NCBI RefSeq assembly: GCF_006345805.1
Contig: NC_043011.1
Span: 60,462,464 to 60,526,463, forward strand
DNA length: 64,000 bases
Source of the DNA: Octopus sinensis
Lineage: Eukaryota
Direction: 5' to 3'
The position numbers were made by a program, and so were the translations under genes. This document shows, one piece after another, positions 10,846 to 25,705 of this stretch (position 1 is the first letter of the stretch; the number at the start of each line of letters is the position of its first letter). Below the pieces are notes generated by a model. It ran no database searches. It worked only from the letters and a program-made list of their open reading frames with translations, and was not told the DNA's origin.

Positions 10846-12242
10846 TAATCTCAAGTTGATCTTAGACTTGTAAAGAAAACTGGTTTGACAAAAATTGAGT
10901 AGCAGTCTGTCTCAGTTTAACCTCGAAGAAGCAGTTCACTTGTTGCTTCTTTCTTTTACCAGTCTTTGAGAAGATAAAAATAAAAAAATCAAGGAAAACA
11001 AAATTCAAGGGCAATGCTCTTCTTTCTTTGAAGAAAAGATTTTTTTATTTTTAATTTTATGTTTCAAGTTCAACTGTATCTCTCTCTCTCTCTCTCTCTC
11101 TTTTAAGATGTGTTTAAAAATAACTTAAGAGAACTCTTTTAGAAGACAATTTCAGATAATGTTGCTGCATGCAGTGATATAAGCTTTCTTGTTGCGACTA
11201 TTAGTCATTTTATTGTAAGGAATCGGAAAGAAAATGGTGAGTAACCAATTAACATTAAAGCAGAGATTTCTTTGTTCTGTGTAGATGGGGGAAAAAATAA
11301 CAAAAAGAAATACAACAGAAAATAAGAAACTACTTAGGAGCAATTAGCTTTGACCTCTGCAACCAAAGCAATCTCCCACTGCTTCTGATATTATTGCTGA
11401 CTTTCAGTCTTATTGTTGGTGTATGCGTACACCCACACACACATGTATATATCTATACACACATACATACACACAGACACACATTAATTTTCTTTTTTGA
11501 AATCATATAGACATTTTTCAATTCATGTAGCCTATTTTCAGTAGGTCTTTGATAATGGTTCTTTTACCAAAAATTTAGCATAAAATTCTATGAGCGAATC
11601 AACAGCTGAATAATGCTATATTTAAGCGACTTTATATTTAAATCTATATGATATAAGATGGAAATCGAGTTTGAAAGGAAATAGGAAATAAATAAAAACA
11701 AAACGGTATTATTTTATGACTCTGGAAATGAAATGACAGAAATTTATGTAAGATCATGTTATAGCTTTGGTATAGATAAAACTTAGAAAGCAGAATATCA
11801 AAATCTGTAATCTCACAATAGACACAATATATTCTTTATAGAATTCATGTATTTAAAGATTAAACAATTGTAGCAGTTTACTAGGAAACTGTGCACTTTC
11901 TATTTAAGTAAGTAGACACAAAATTTAATTTGACTTTGACAAGTTAAAATGTCAATAAATATTGAAAGCAAAATACACTACAGAAAATGCTCCATAAACT
12001 ATACACACACACACACACACACACAAAATATATCTAGAATCTGGAATGCTGAACCAATGATGTAATCAAATTCCTCTCATATTTACTCCTTTATTTAAGG
12101 TGGTGGGAATGATATAATTCAATATAGTTATTCTACAGATCTCTAAAAGCTGGCAGCGTCAGTATTGTAACATCTTTGATTACATGGTGAGATTGTTTAA
12201 TCAAAATGCTGAACAACAGCAACAACAGAAATGAATAAAAAT

Positions 12243-12450
12243 ATTCTTTTCTACTTTAGGCACAAGGCCCGAAATTTTTAGGGAGGAGGCCAGTCAATTA
12301 GATTGCCCCCAACTGAGAGCTAATTTATTGACCCCGAAAAGATGAAAGGCAAAGTTGAACTTGTCAGAATTTGAACTCAGAATGTAAAGACAGACAAAAT
12401 ACCGCTAAGCTTTTCAGCCGGCATGCTAATGTTTCTGCCAGCTCACCGCC
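12243..12450 (-). mobile_element. SINE family B (GGCGGTGAGCTGGCAGAAAC.. head)
   Basis: B-box GAGTTCAAATT; other copies at about 20270-20500, 22436-22645, 31145-31610, 45680-45890, 48080-48200, 49585-49805, 57610-57810, 60400-60530. Confidence 0.8.
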
Positions 12451-12524
12451 TTAACATGAATAAAAATCTCCTTTGAATCAGACCAATATTATCTTCAATT
12501 AATAAAAACAAAGGTTGCACAGAC

Positions 12525-12880
12525 GCAGGAATGGCTGTATGGTTAAGAAGGTTGCTTCCCAACCATGTGCTCACAGATTTAGTTCCACCATGTGGAACCT
12601 TGGGCAAGTGTGCTTAACTAATAATCTCAGGATAACCAGACCCTTATGGGAGGATTTGGTAGAAGGAAACTGAAAGAAGCCCATTGTGTATATATGTGTG
12701 TGTGTTGACAACTGGTGTTGATTTGTTTATGATCCTGTAACTTAGCAGTTTGGCAAAAGAGTAGATAGAATAGGTACCAGGTTTAAAAAGTACTGTGGTT
12801 GATTTATTTGACAAAACCCTTCTAGCCTATATTCCTGCATGGCTGCAGTCTAATGACTGAAACAAGTAAATGATAAAAGA
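12525..12880 (+). mobile_element. tRNA-derived SINE family A
   Basis: Full head, (TG)n centre and tail GACTGAAACAAGTAAA; further copies at about 18190-19085, 20820-21080, 29180-29610, 35018-35439, 49806-50180, 54453-54830, 59150-59490, 63775-64000. Confidence 0.8.
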
Positions 12881-12903
12881 TAAGATAATGTAATCCTTGA
12901 TTA

Positions 12904-13113
12904 CATTATTTATATTTGACAGATATTTGTTCTCATCTTGTTTGTTGTTAATACAACATTTCGGTTGATATACCCTCCAGCCTTCATCAGTTGTCTTGGG
13001 GAAATTTCGAACCTGGGTTCTCATTCCTAAGGTATTTTTTGATGTTATATCCATCAAATGTAAATAATGTAAAAAATGTACATAATTCCTTATCTCTTAA
13101 ATATAGAACTGTA
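12904..13113. mobile_element. Family D hammerhead element with inverted tail and TSD
   Basis: Minus-strand CTGATGA-A-GGCTG..CAACC-GAAA-TGTT; plus-strand tail at about 13050-13113; TAATCCTTGATTA at 12891-12903 and 13114-13126. Confidence 0.8.
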
Positions 13114-15155
13114 TAATCCTTGATTAGCTATCATAAATCAATGAAATAGCCTCTATGTGATCACATGACCCACACCCGCCAAAATAAATATCATTCAAAC
13201 GATCTTAAAAGGGGAAGGAATCACTAGATAACGTAGTCCAGAGACAGGAAGGCCACAGCTAGAATGCATTTGATTATAAGTCAACACAAGGTTGACTTGA
13301 GCTGATGGCTAATTAAGAACAGCAACAGATTTGCTGCTATCATTAAGCAAGTGCTGAGCTTAGATATTCTGAATTTGAATGATTCTGAAGAGTAGAATAC
13401 TGAATAGACAGTGAAATAAGGAAAAAAAAGTACATTTTTATCTTTAGAACAATTACAAGCAAGATCAGTGAAAACTATGGATTTGCAAAAAATAACTGTT
13501 ATAAGTTTTTTTTTTTTTTAAACTTCTAAAGATAGGCAAAATAAGAAAATGCAATCTGAAACTTAGCTTCATTTCAATTATGTGTGTGTATAAGAGCAAC
13601 GTTAAAAATGTATTAATTCAAAAGATTCTCCAGATTAGATTAAAATAATTCAGAAGTTAATTTTATTTTTAGCTGAAAATATGAATCACAAAATATAAGA
13701 AAATATTATGAACTGTCTATGAGGAAACACACACACATACACAATTAAAAACAATAAATATTTTATTCATTTGTCTTTATCTTCAATATGAAAACATGTT
13801 TAATTAGTCATTTGCTGTCTCACTCATACTTATTGATTCATAAAGTGAGATTGTTAGTAGCATTAAAAGGAGCTGAAGAAAGAGGAAACCAAGCTTCAGA
13901 TTAAAGACTGAGATCTGAGAATCACTATGTTGTTATATTTAAATTCACTCACTGTGTCAACAGAAAAAAAATAAACAACAAAAATACACAAAGAACAAAA
14001 CAAATAAATAAAATTGGTTATGGAAATATAAAATAAACAAAATAATAAATCTATTAAAAAAATTAGTTTAAAGTAACAAGATATAAGGTAAATGTAAATG
14101 TATAGCAAATAGGTGTGAACAGTTTGTTAAATGTTCTATGTGATTGTGAAACTAAATAAACATTATATCACTACAACTGTTGGGTAATTTTTGCCTGCTT
14201 CTGATATATTTAACAGTTTACATCTATAAGAGATGCTTTATCAATATGAATACTGCAGTTTAGGAAGCTTTCAACAGTATAATGCTTTAAGTATGATGTG
14301 CAGATCACTAATTTGAACAAATATTACTTTTGTTGCTAATAACAAACATCATATTTTATATATTCATTTAATTTGCATATGACATAGTAATTTAAGGGCA
14401 GTCACATCATTTTCAAAATGTTCAAGAATGGTCAGAGGAAGAGAAGCAGTTATCCTCTGACCAGAGGGTAACCTGGTTTGAATGCTTACAACAGAATAGA
14501 ATCTGCTATAAACAGCCATAGTCCAGATGGGGGAAATCAAATCAAGAACAGAATTAAGTAGACCAGTCAAGAACAGGAAGTGTCCCACTGACATGCTTCC
14601 ACATAGTTTCTGCCTACCAAAATCACTCACAAGGCTTTGGCTGAGTTGTAGCTAGAGTAGAAAACATGCTAAACTGTGTCACTCATTGACATTGACCTCA
14701 AAACTGCCAAGCCAACACCCACACACTAAAATTCATCAGAGCAGCAACTATCTAATAAAAGATTATTGATTAGGTAAGATAATCTTACATGCTATTGAGC
14801 TTAGAGATGTTTTGGTTTCAGTTCTTCAGAGTTTGCAAAAACATGTCATGCAATACAGTTGAAGTTTAAGATAAAAATATAAGTTGCAAGAATATAAGGC
14901 TGTATGGTTAAGAAGTTTACTTCTAAATTATGTGATTTTGAGTTCACTTCTACTGTGTGGCACCTTGGGGTAAGAGTATCCCACTGTAACTTTGGATCAA
15001 CCACAATCTTGTCAGTGAATTTGGTGGACATACACACACACACACACACACGTGTGTGTGTGTATGGTTATGTATGTGAGTGTGTATGTATGTGTGTATG
15101 TATGTATATATATATATTATGCTACCATGGGTTGAATACTTCAACAAGATCTGAT

Positions 15156-15187
<32 letters not shown>

Positions 15188-17446
15188 GGGGGAGATGCCT
15201 ACAGTGTAGGTTCATGATGTGAATGCTTGTGCTTGTGTTTCCTTGTCTTGACATTGTGCAATAATTGCAAATGAATATCACCATCACTCAAGCAGTGTCA
15301 CTCATTCTCAGTCGTCTGTGGAAACTTGTCTGACCATGGGGGGGGGGGAACATTATCTTGCTTAGAAACAAGTGAGTGTTAGTAACATGAGGACCATCTG
15401 GCAATAGAAGACCAGCTTCAACAAATTCTGTCTGACCCATGCAGGTATAAAAAAAGTGGACATTAAAACGATGATGAAGATGAATCTACTTGATTAAAAA
15501 GCTCTATGATAAAAGGTATTCCGGTCATGACCATCTCACCTTAAATATCTAGGATTAAAATATCCAATATATATTTTCCATTTTAGAAGATACAGTTTGG
15601 GGAAAATTCAGTTGCAGTTTCTACCAGATTATGTGACCACATATAATCTCCCTCTTGTCTGGATTTGCTTTGTTAGATAATTCATTTACGCAAATGGGAA
15701 TCACTTAGATTAATTTGATGGTCAGGCTTTGTATAATAATGAACTATCTTAAGTCAGCCTAAACTAAATTACTCTCCTGAATATAGTTATGATTGAACTA
15801 AGTGAAGCTTGACAGGACAGATATAGCATGTGTTGCTTGTTTATACAATACATTCTCTCTGAAACAACTTCTTTCCTTTCATAACTCATTCTTTCTCTCC
15901 AATACAAGTATTAATACTGTATTTCTCTCTCTCTCTCTCTCTCTCTCTCATGTGTATGTGTATGTGGAATCAACCATCAGGATTCAGTTTCATTGAGTAA
16001 TATCAATCTAACTATAATATACCAATGGTAGATTTTAGTGGAACATTACTCATAACCATTTTCCTTTCAGTTGGATAGATAGTGCTCTTCTAAACAATTG
16101 GTGCCGACATGGCTTTGTGTGGTTAAGAAGTTCACTTTACAACTTCAGGGTTCCAGACTCAATTCTCACTTTGTCGTCTCTTGGATAAGTATCTTCTGTC
16201 TTAGCCTTATGCCAGCACACACAGTGAGATTTGATAGGCAGAAACTGTAGCAGTCCATCATATATATATATATTAGAAATTTCAAGAGACAAGAAATAAT
16301 TTTAACAGTGCAACTTAAAGTGGATAAAGCTATAAATAATATCATCATCATTCATCATCATTCAATGTCCGATTTCCGTGCTAGCATGGGTTGGACGGTT
16401 CGACTGGGGTCTGGGAAGCCAGGAAGCTGCACCAGGCTCCAGTCTGATCTGGCAGTGCTTCTACAGCTGGATGCCCTTCCTAACACCAATACGTGTGTGT
16501 GTGTGCATGCGTGCAGGAGTGTTTGTCTCCCTATTTGACATCATGCAGTATCTCTTGTTTCTAGTCTTTTGTGAAAATATCCACTATCATCTTGCTTGGA
16601 AACTGGTAAGATTTGAGAAGAAATGCATTTGGTCATACAAAAAGAAAAAAAGAAATGTACCTCAACAAATTCTGTCAGATCCATGCAAGCAATGAAAAGC
16701 GGACGTTAAAATGATGATGGTGTCAAATCTGATAGTGTCTTAACTAGTAGATGGAAACTGAGAAAAAGCCAGTTATACAAATGCTTGTGGGTATAAGTGG
16801 ATGTGTGGAGGTGTATGGCTTAGTGGTTAGGGTGTTGGAATCTTGATTCTAAGATTGTGGTTTTGATTCTTGGACTGGGTGAGCTGATGTGTTCTTGAGT
16901 GAAGAACAGCATTTTTTCTACTGCTCCAGTCCACACAGCAGGTAAAAATGAGCAATCCTGTGATGACCTCACATCCCATCCATGAAGGAATATTTATGCT
17001 AGAGAAACCAGCCCTTTACTCCTTACAGAGTAATGTGGACTAACCATAAGTGCATATGTGTGTGTGTTTTTTTCTTCCATGTGCTCTCATTAACACTAAA
17101 TGGAAAAATGGTATTTGCTTACATTCTCCAGTAAACAGAAGTATTACAGATTCAGTTTTTGGTATATGAAGACCAGTAGTTGAAAAACAAAAACAAAGCA
17201 AACAATAAAAATACCTTATTTAGAAAATAGATAAGGGTTGGTAAGATGAAGAGCTTCTGGTCACAGAAAATCTGCTTCGGTAAGTTTCATCTAACCCAAG
17301 CCAGTATGAAAAAGCAGACAATACCTTACCATTCTCAATCAAAAATGCAGTGAACCAGTGACAGGCTCACTGGAAATCTTTAACCAATGATGTAAATGTT
17401 CACCAAATATGTGATATTAAATAAATATGTAAAAAAAATTAATACA

Positions 17447-17705
17447 TCATCATCATCATCGTCATCATTTAGTGTCCGCTTTCCATGCTAGCATGGGTTG
17501 GACGGTTCAACTGGGGTCTGGGAAGCCAGAAGGCTGCACCAGGCCCAGTCTGATCTGGCAGTGTTTCTACAGCTGGATGCCCTTCCTAACGCCAACCACT
17601 CCGTGAGTGTAGTGGGTGCTTTTTACGTGCCACCGACACAGGCGCCAGACGGGGCTGGCAAACGGCCACGGACGGATGGTGCTTTTTACGTGTCACTGGC
17701 ACAGG
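17447..17705 (-). mobile_element. Young family C (RTE-tail) copy
   Basis: Retains CpGs; GGAAGGGCATCCAGCTG motif; (GAT)n tail. Confidence 0.8.
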
Positions 17706-18544
17706 GGTCAACCTCATCAGAGTTCGCTACATAATGCTTCTAATTAAAACAAAAGTAGTCTAGAAAGTGGTTGTAAATCTACATTTTTTTTTAGATTTAA
17801 TTATTTAACAGTGGTACTCACAATTTCATGCACTTTCACATAATGCCAATGACCTTGTTTTGTATGCACGTGTGTGTGTGTGTGTGTGTATATATATCAT
17901 GATCATTATATATATATGTGTTGCACCAACCATTACTTGCAGTGAATGTTTTTTCACATTTGCTTTTTTTCTTATCTTTGTCTTAAAAATAGATAATACT
18001 TTTGCACAAATAACTGCTTGCGTAATAGATATGTTTAATTTTGCGTTTGATCAGTTATCTATGTTAATAAAAGGATTTCTATGTAAGAAATAAAGTTGAC
18101 TGCTTCTAAATTGCATACTGCTGGAGATTGCAGGCAGTACACATGTTTAATTTCATTCAAAAACGTTTTCTTTATCCATTAACATAGTTGCAGGCATGGC
18201 TGTGTTGTAAGAAGATTGTTTCTCAACCATATCACATTGGGCCCAGCCCCACTGTGTGGCACCTTTGGCAAGGGTCTTTTAGCACAGCCTTGGACTAACC
18301 AAAGCCTGTGAATCGATTTGCTGATTCAGTGGGAACTGAAACAAGATTCTTGCATGTATGTGTGTTTTCCAAAATGAAGACAAACACCTTTCTCCATGTG
18401 ATCAGCTTGAAAAATTAAGATATTAGGATATTTTCCTACATTTCTAAATATGAAACCAATGGTAGCGTTAATTCACAAATAAAGTATATCTACCAATGCA
18501 ATGCTGAAGACTCTCATTTTCATTGTTTCACATTTACACACACA

Positions 18545-18862
18545 CACGATGGACTCTCCGGTCGGATTCGACATGTGAGGCTCTAACAATGTACTCTTTC
18601 TTTGTCAGTCACAATGCTTATGTTGAATGCGACATTTAAGTCCTGCCAACGATTAACAAAGAAGGCCACAGATGTTGCAAGTATAAGGATTACAGGTCAG
18701 TGCAGGTGGTATACATGAAGCCACTTTTCTCCTTTGCCTTGCACCCTGGAGCCTGTTAATGCTGGTTGCAACAAAGTTTTTAATACCATTTTGACACAAC
18801 AATCTCCATTTGTTCATTCCAAGGCTGTTCACTCGAAGGTGTTGTAAGCTATCTTCATTTCT
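18545..18862 (-). mobile_element. RTE (BovB-like) LINE 3' end
   Basis: KWRLLCQNGIKNF...YTCNICGLLC*SLAGLKC resembles the RTE C-terminal CxxC..SxxGL zinc-finger region. Confidence 0.55.
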
Positions 18863-21800
18863 GAGATATATATATACATACACACTCAGATGTGTATGTG
18901 TGTCTTTGTGTCTGTTTCCCCACTGTTTGATAACTGGTATTGGTTTGTTTACAAACCCACAATTTAGTGGTTCAAGTAAGAGACAGAGAATAAATATCTG
19001 ATTTTGAAAGTACTGAAGTCAATTTGTTTGATAAAAATCTGTCAAGAAAAGTGCTCCAGCGTGGTGCTATCTACTGATTGAAACTAGTCACCATCATCAT
19101 AATTTAACATCCATTATCCATGGTGGCATGGGTTGGATGATTTGATAGGAGCTGGCAAACTGGGGAGCTGTCCAGAAGATAAAAAATTAAAATCATAGGC
19201 ACAATCAACAGACCATAACAAAAATCTTAAAGTAAAATCTTTCTCAGCATAACATTCATCTTGTTCTCATGTTTTTTCCTGAAGTTTATTGCATTTTCAT
19301 TTCTCTGTTATTAATAGCATTCATCATTGCACTATCCATTTTGGGGTGAACTAATTCAAAAGGGTGAACTAATTCAAAAGTTTGACAAAGAAAGAGTAGC
19401 AGAGAGACTATGAACATGGTCAGAGAACACAACATCAACAAGAAAACTAACTAAATAAATGAACAAACACTCACATGAACATTATCGGTGTGCGATGCGG
19501 AAATTGAACATTTAAAGCATTCATTATGAATGTTAAGCATTTATTTTATGCAATTAACTATTAAATTTTTATTTTTATAATTTAAAAAAAATATATCGCT
19601 AAAGCTGTGGCAATCATTAAAGAGAGAGCTCATTAACAAAGATGGTTATACATGATTGAAGACCCATAAGGAGATCCACAGGAAGACTCTGGATCATCAA
19701 TTCTAAAATTTTAAATTAGATAATTACGTGATCGATTTCCATGAAAGAATGAATAGCCAGAATGAAACACTGTACTAAGGGAACCAAAAGTCAACAAAGG
19801 ACATTTATATGGTTCCATGAGCTGCCAGAAATAGTAGCAAAATCTCCCTCAAATTATACCCTACCTCTATTTTCTTTCTAATTTTTTGCTGTAGGTGTAT
19901 ACAGAAATTTGTTAATGTACAGCTTTTGTGTTTCTTTGCAAAATAGGTGTATAATCCATGTGAGTAAACACTCCCAAATTTCTTTAGTCAAAAAAATAAT
20001 TTGATTTAAATGGAAAACTTTGATTAGGTGTATAAGTTCACAGCTTACCGCAAACACTTCTTTACATCCCTATAAAAAGGAGAGGACTTGTTAGATAATG
20101 TAAGCCAACATATTCTAAAAAAAAAAAAGAGACAGGATCATCATGGCTGCTGTGACTTTGTTCAATGACGTACTCAACCAAGGTTGACTTGGGACAGACA
20201 GACGGGCAAGTGTGTGAGGTTGCATGTTTGCATGAGTATTTAATTAGAAAAGGAAGAAGAGATTCTTTAAAATAATGGTTTTTGATTTAGATACAAAGCC
20301 AACAATTTTGAGGGGAGGTTAAGTAGTTGATACTCTACTGACTTTAGTACTTACTTGACTGGTGCCTTATTTCATTAACCCTGGAGGGATGTAAAATAAA
20401 ATTAACCTCAGTAGGATTTGAACTTGGAACATAAAGATCCAGAACAAATACTGCATACCATTTTGTCTAACACTCTTAACAATCCTAACAGCTTGTGAAT
20501 GCCTTAGTAGATTGCATGATGTTCAGAAAAGAGCAATTGAAACAGAGATCAAACAGTCTGTAATTTCATTCAACTTAGTAATTTATCTGATGATGTTTGT
20601 TCTCTTTATATTTCAATCTGTTTGATATCAACCCACTCTTGCTGCTATGATACATACTTTCTGTCTTAAAGAGATTTGAATTAAAACCTCAAATAATTTA
20701 TGTTCCAAACACTAGCTTAATAATGACAAAGTTAATTTACTAAATTCTTCATAATTTTCAAAGTTGATTGAAACAGCAGGGAATTTCAAAAGACAGAAGG
20801 TACTAAAAGGGTTAAATTAATTAGTGGATTTGACAGACAGAAACTGAAAGAAGCTCATTGTATGTCTGTGTGTATATATGTTAGTGTTGTTTGTACCCCC
20901 ACCACTACTTAGTAGCTGACATTGGTTTGCTTACATTCCTATAACTTAGCTGTTTGGCAAAAGAGACTAATAGCATAAGAACCAAATTTTAAAATAAGTG
21001 CTGGAGTTGATATGTTCAGCTAAACCCATCAAGGTGATGTCATAGCATGCCCACAATCCAACGACTGATTCAAATAAAAGATTGGCTAGTATGGTCCACA
21101 GCACCATGGATGGAACATTTTTGTACAAATGTCTATCTTGGCAACCATTTCTCTTTATGGTTCTTTTACTTTTCTTTTACTCTATTATATAGAGAGTTTA
21201 GTGACTTCAGAAGGATAAACGGGTAAAGACTGTTTAAATGAGGTTGAAGTAACAACTTGAAAGCTCCACAAGGTAAAGCACTATATGGTCATGCAATCTG
21301 TTAGAAACGACAGTCAAATTCACATAGAAATATACTCCACAAAATTAAAAATGAGGAAAGACACATTCAATAATATAGTTCTTAATAAACCCCAAAACAT
21401 TCTAGAGATTTCTGGACATAGTAAAATCACAGGTGTAAGATTGTGATGCAAAGTTTTTAAACATCCATCCTATGCCTGCATCAATATTTTAAGTGTTTTG
21501 AATTTGTTCCCTATTTAGTAACAATACGTTTTGGGAGGATTTTGTGACTGTAATTTTAATTAACTATCCAGCCTGTGCATTTCAATTAATTTGGAAACAA
21601 TGCAGAATTTGGAAGGAAATAGTAAAATAAATTACCTTCTCATTATAAGCGAGTTTTGGAGCCTAATTGAAATAAATTAAAATTTTGATGGTAGGTGAGT
21701 TAATTTGAATACAAATGCATCAGAGAAAGAGGTTTTCTACCATAGAATCAGAGATAATATCAGGTAGGGTGGAATCAAAAAATGGTTGAATAATGAAGTA

Positions 21801-23242
21801 CAGTTATTTACTGTTCAATGACAGTTAATATATAAAAATACTACCAGGAATAATTTATACAAGAAGCAAAGAAATGGTGAATTTATAAATATTCAATTCT
21901 AAACTGAAATATTGTTTCATTTGAAAATAGCAAATTGCAACATATAACTAAGTTGCATACTTGTGTAAATAACAGTGCGGCTTAATGATTCTCAAGTATC
22001 AGGCTTTTAAAGTTTCATATATTTATTCCTTTAAGGACTGACAGTTTTACAGAACAACAGTATTCTTGCTGCATTAAGTCAATGAAGGAGCCTCTACAAT
22101 ACCATTCTTTTAGAAATGACTGACAAGCTTCCCTCAAACCATATCCTACTGTATTTAACAAAATGAAAAAAAAAAAAAGGTGTATTGGACAATGTAATCC
22201 TAGATAAACTAGTAAATAGATGGTCATGACTAGTATGCCTTTGATCATAAGTTCTATTAGATCAAAGATATCTTGAGGCTAAACACTAACACCACCACCT
22301 CTAACATATGGTCATATGACCACATGACACCAATAAAACATTCAGTATTTTTTCCTGCAATATCACTATAATTACATATACATAAGTATTAAGGTCTTGG
22401 AGGGTATCATCATCATCATTATTATCATTATATAAGGTGGTGAGCTGGCAGAATCGTTAGCAAGCTGGGCAAAATGTTTTGTGACATTTGATCTGCCTTT
22501 TCATTCTAAGTTCAAATTCTGCCAAGATCGACTTTGCCTTTCATCCTTACAAGGTCAATAAAATAAGTACCAGTTGAACACAAGCGTTTATGTCATCAGC
22601 TTACCCCCTATCCCGAAATCGCTGGACTTGAGCCAAAATCTGAAACCATAATTATAATTATTATTATTATTATTATTATTATCACCAATACCTTGGACTG
22701 AAATCACATTCATGCATCCATCGCAAATAGACTTTTTTTTCCTTAACTCTAAGTCCTTTCCTTCAAACACTCATACATTGAAACCGTCAGGAGTGAGCAT
22801 CATCATTATTATTGTATACATATATTAATACCTTTGATCATAGCAATAAAAAGTGAAGGTATTTAATCTAATTAAAAACTTTGCTTTTGTCAATGTAAAT
22901 TTCGATGTAAGATGAATAAAACCAATACGCATTTATTATTTATTTCTTTTCTCTTTTTTATATTCTTTCAACTCCAGGTCCAATTAAGACATCAGTATTT
23001 TGAGAAGTGTGGATTAAGAAAGAATAACAAGGAAAGGAATAAGAAAAACACAAATTTTTGTTTGCGAGATCAAAGAACTATGTTTTTCAATGCTACAATA
23101 ACAATTTTAAATTAAAATACCAACTAAATAATTATGTTTACAATCGATACGATGCCTTACATCTACTTGAAATAACAGCAACAAATAAATGATCTATGAT
23201 GTTACATTTGATAAAGTGTTCTTTATTGATAAATTTTCTTTC

Positions 23243-23299
<57 letters not shown>

Positions 23300-23982
23300 T
23301 ATAATATGTATATATATATATATATACATGATACCACTAACTGGCTTGTAGGTTAAGGTACATGAAAATGTTAAATATATAGAAGATTAAATGTAGTTTA
23401 AATAAATTACAAGCAATTTAAAAGAACTAATTTTACTAATACATAATAGTTTCAAGCTAAATCATACTATTTTCATTGGTATTTTTATGATAGGTGAAGG
23501 GAAGGAGAAAGACATTGAGAAAGATTTTATTTTCCGAGGTTATGAACAACAAATAATCTTCTAAAATTTGTTTAATGAAATGTTAGGCGTTCCAATTTTT
23601 TAATCTATTCTATCAATTCACAAATAAACAGACAGATAAGTTATTAGAGTGTTGGAACAAAAGTTGAAGGGCTGTAGATTTGTATCCTGTTGTCAAGTCA
23701 ATACAGGATACAAACACTTGCATTGTGTTTATTGGTAAGACACTTGATTCTCAGCGAGTCTATCAAGCTTTAAGTGGGTATCACAAAGTAGTTAGTTCAG
23801 TATGAGAAGCAGCAGCAACAATGGCACTGTACAATGAATAAATACTTCATTAATTCACAATACTCAGTTCACTTCTCTCACCTCAACTGCAGAAGATACA
23901 AGCATTCTTTCTTCAGGAGCACCAAAAGAGGGTTGGACAATGTGAAGCAAATAATCTCCATGAAAGATGTGTTGCTCTAGTG

Positions 23983-24242
23983 CAGTGGTTCTCAACTGGG
24001 GTCCATATGGCCCTTGGGGGTCTGTATAAGATTTTATTGTTACAACTTATATGCAATAAATTGATTGTATTTATACAATACACAAAATATTAAAAAAACT
24101 TTTATACAATTCTTAATTAAATCTAATTATAAAAATACAGCAGGAATTTTTTTTTTACATTTATCGAAAGGTTATGATGGTCCAGTAGATTAATATAGGA
24201 AACACAGGGGTCCATAGGAAAACAATCAGTTGAGAACCACTA
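23983..24242. mobile_element. hAT (Charlie-like) MITE
   Basis: TIRs CAGTGGTTCTCAAC / GTTGAGAACCACTA; degenerate 8-bp TSD CTCTAGTG/CCCTACTG. Confidence 0.8.
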
Positions 24243-24370
24243 CCCTACTGATTTGATAATAAAAGAAGTTGGTTTAATCTTTACGTGTTACAAAACATAT
24301 TGAAATGGAACATTAATACAATGAAGATAACAATAATTTCAGACAGTAACTTTCCCTTTCCTCACCACAG

Positions 24371-24408
24371 TTTTCTGTAACTGTTCACATTCCCTCTCTG
24401 GCACAGGG
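24371..24408 (+). CDS. Weak candidate plus-strand exon (FCNCSHSLSGTG or FSVTVHIPSLAQ)
   Basis: Pyrimidine-rich CACAG acceptor and GG|GTAAGC donor; no partner exons identified. Confidence 0.2.
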
Positions 24409-25705
24409 GTAAGCCACGATCAGCAAGGTGCTTCTCATTACCTCCTTTTACCTCAGCTATTCCTATGACTATGCACAGAATGAAACTTGGCAAACTTGTT
24501 ACCATATACCCCTGAACTTTTATAATGGGCTATAGTCTATTGATTTATACTGTATTTTCCAAGTTGAATTTTTCAGACTAAAATTTATAGCCAAGAAATG
24601 GTTAATCGACATATACACAGAGTCAGCTTTGGAGGACTCAAAATTCCATGTGAAATGCAGCAGGATTTGGAAAGATAGGGACAATGTTCAGTTGTTTACA
24701 CTACATGTTTACACTACATACTGTATCAACTTGTTAGTCAGAAATTGCAGTAATCAATGCATACTTTTAAGAATATATTTCCGAAAATCAAATCTTGTGT
24801 CTCGAAATGGAGCTTTTGGCATGTATATCTAGTATCTCAGTAAAACTTTGCTTTCTTCTCCAAAAATTTTGATGAGCTTTTACATGGTTACCTAATCTGC
24901 TGAAAATAGTAGCTAAGTTCCTCTCAGACCACATTTTACCATCTTTAAAATGACACATTCAGTAATGTAGTCTTTGATACATTATCTGAAAGTATGATGG
25001 GATGGCCATGACGGAAATGATTTGATTAGAGATCTGTGTGATCTGGAGCTAAACGACAACATCACTGCATTATCAAGATAATCATTTCCAAAATCTCATA
25101 CCTTAATAGCAAATTTTGGACCATTTCCATTTTTCTTTCTTTGTACAATCATAACTTTGATACCACATCCATCATCTTACTTTCACTCAAGCATTAATTT
25201 CTATAATTTGATTTTTGAATCAAAGTGGAAGCCTCAACACAGTCACTTAAAGTGCAAGAAATAGAAATCAAATCTCCTTCTAAATATTCTCTATCAGCCT
25301 GAAACAAAAAGGGGACATTGGATAATACCTTTTTAAAGAGGTAAAGAGGAAAAAGAAAGACAGGATGGCCTTGAATTGAGTATTTTTGATCATAGATCAA
25401 CACAATATGAGCTGATTGGGGGCTAAACATCGATAATTAGGGCAGAGAGAGGGAGAGAGTGAGAGATAAGTCTTTAAGAAGTTTGCTTTGCAATTACATG
25501 GTTTCAGGTTTAGCTGACTGCATGCCACCAATGCTTTATGAGAGCAATTTTGCAAGCCAGAAATTGTATGGAAGCCTATTGTAAGTGGTACGTGCATATG
25601 TATATGATTATTTGTTATCCATGTCATCACAATATTTGAGCAAAGCAGTGATATAGTTTATGTCTCCTACATGCAACTGGTCCCATAGCTCCATAATGTC
25701 ATGTA

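Noticed and set aside
14364-14630. ORF with IQTRLPSGQRIT, reminiscent of a UBX strand
   Set aside because: Similarity is limited to about 10 residues, no convincing splice sites, and the 5' part is SINE-derived.
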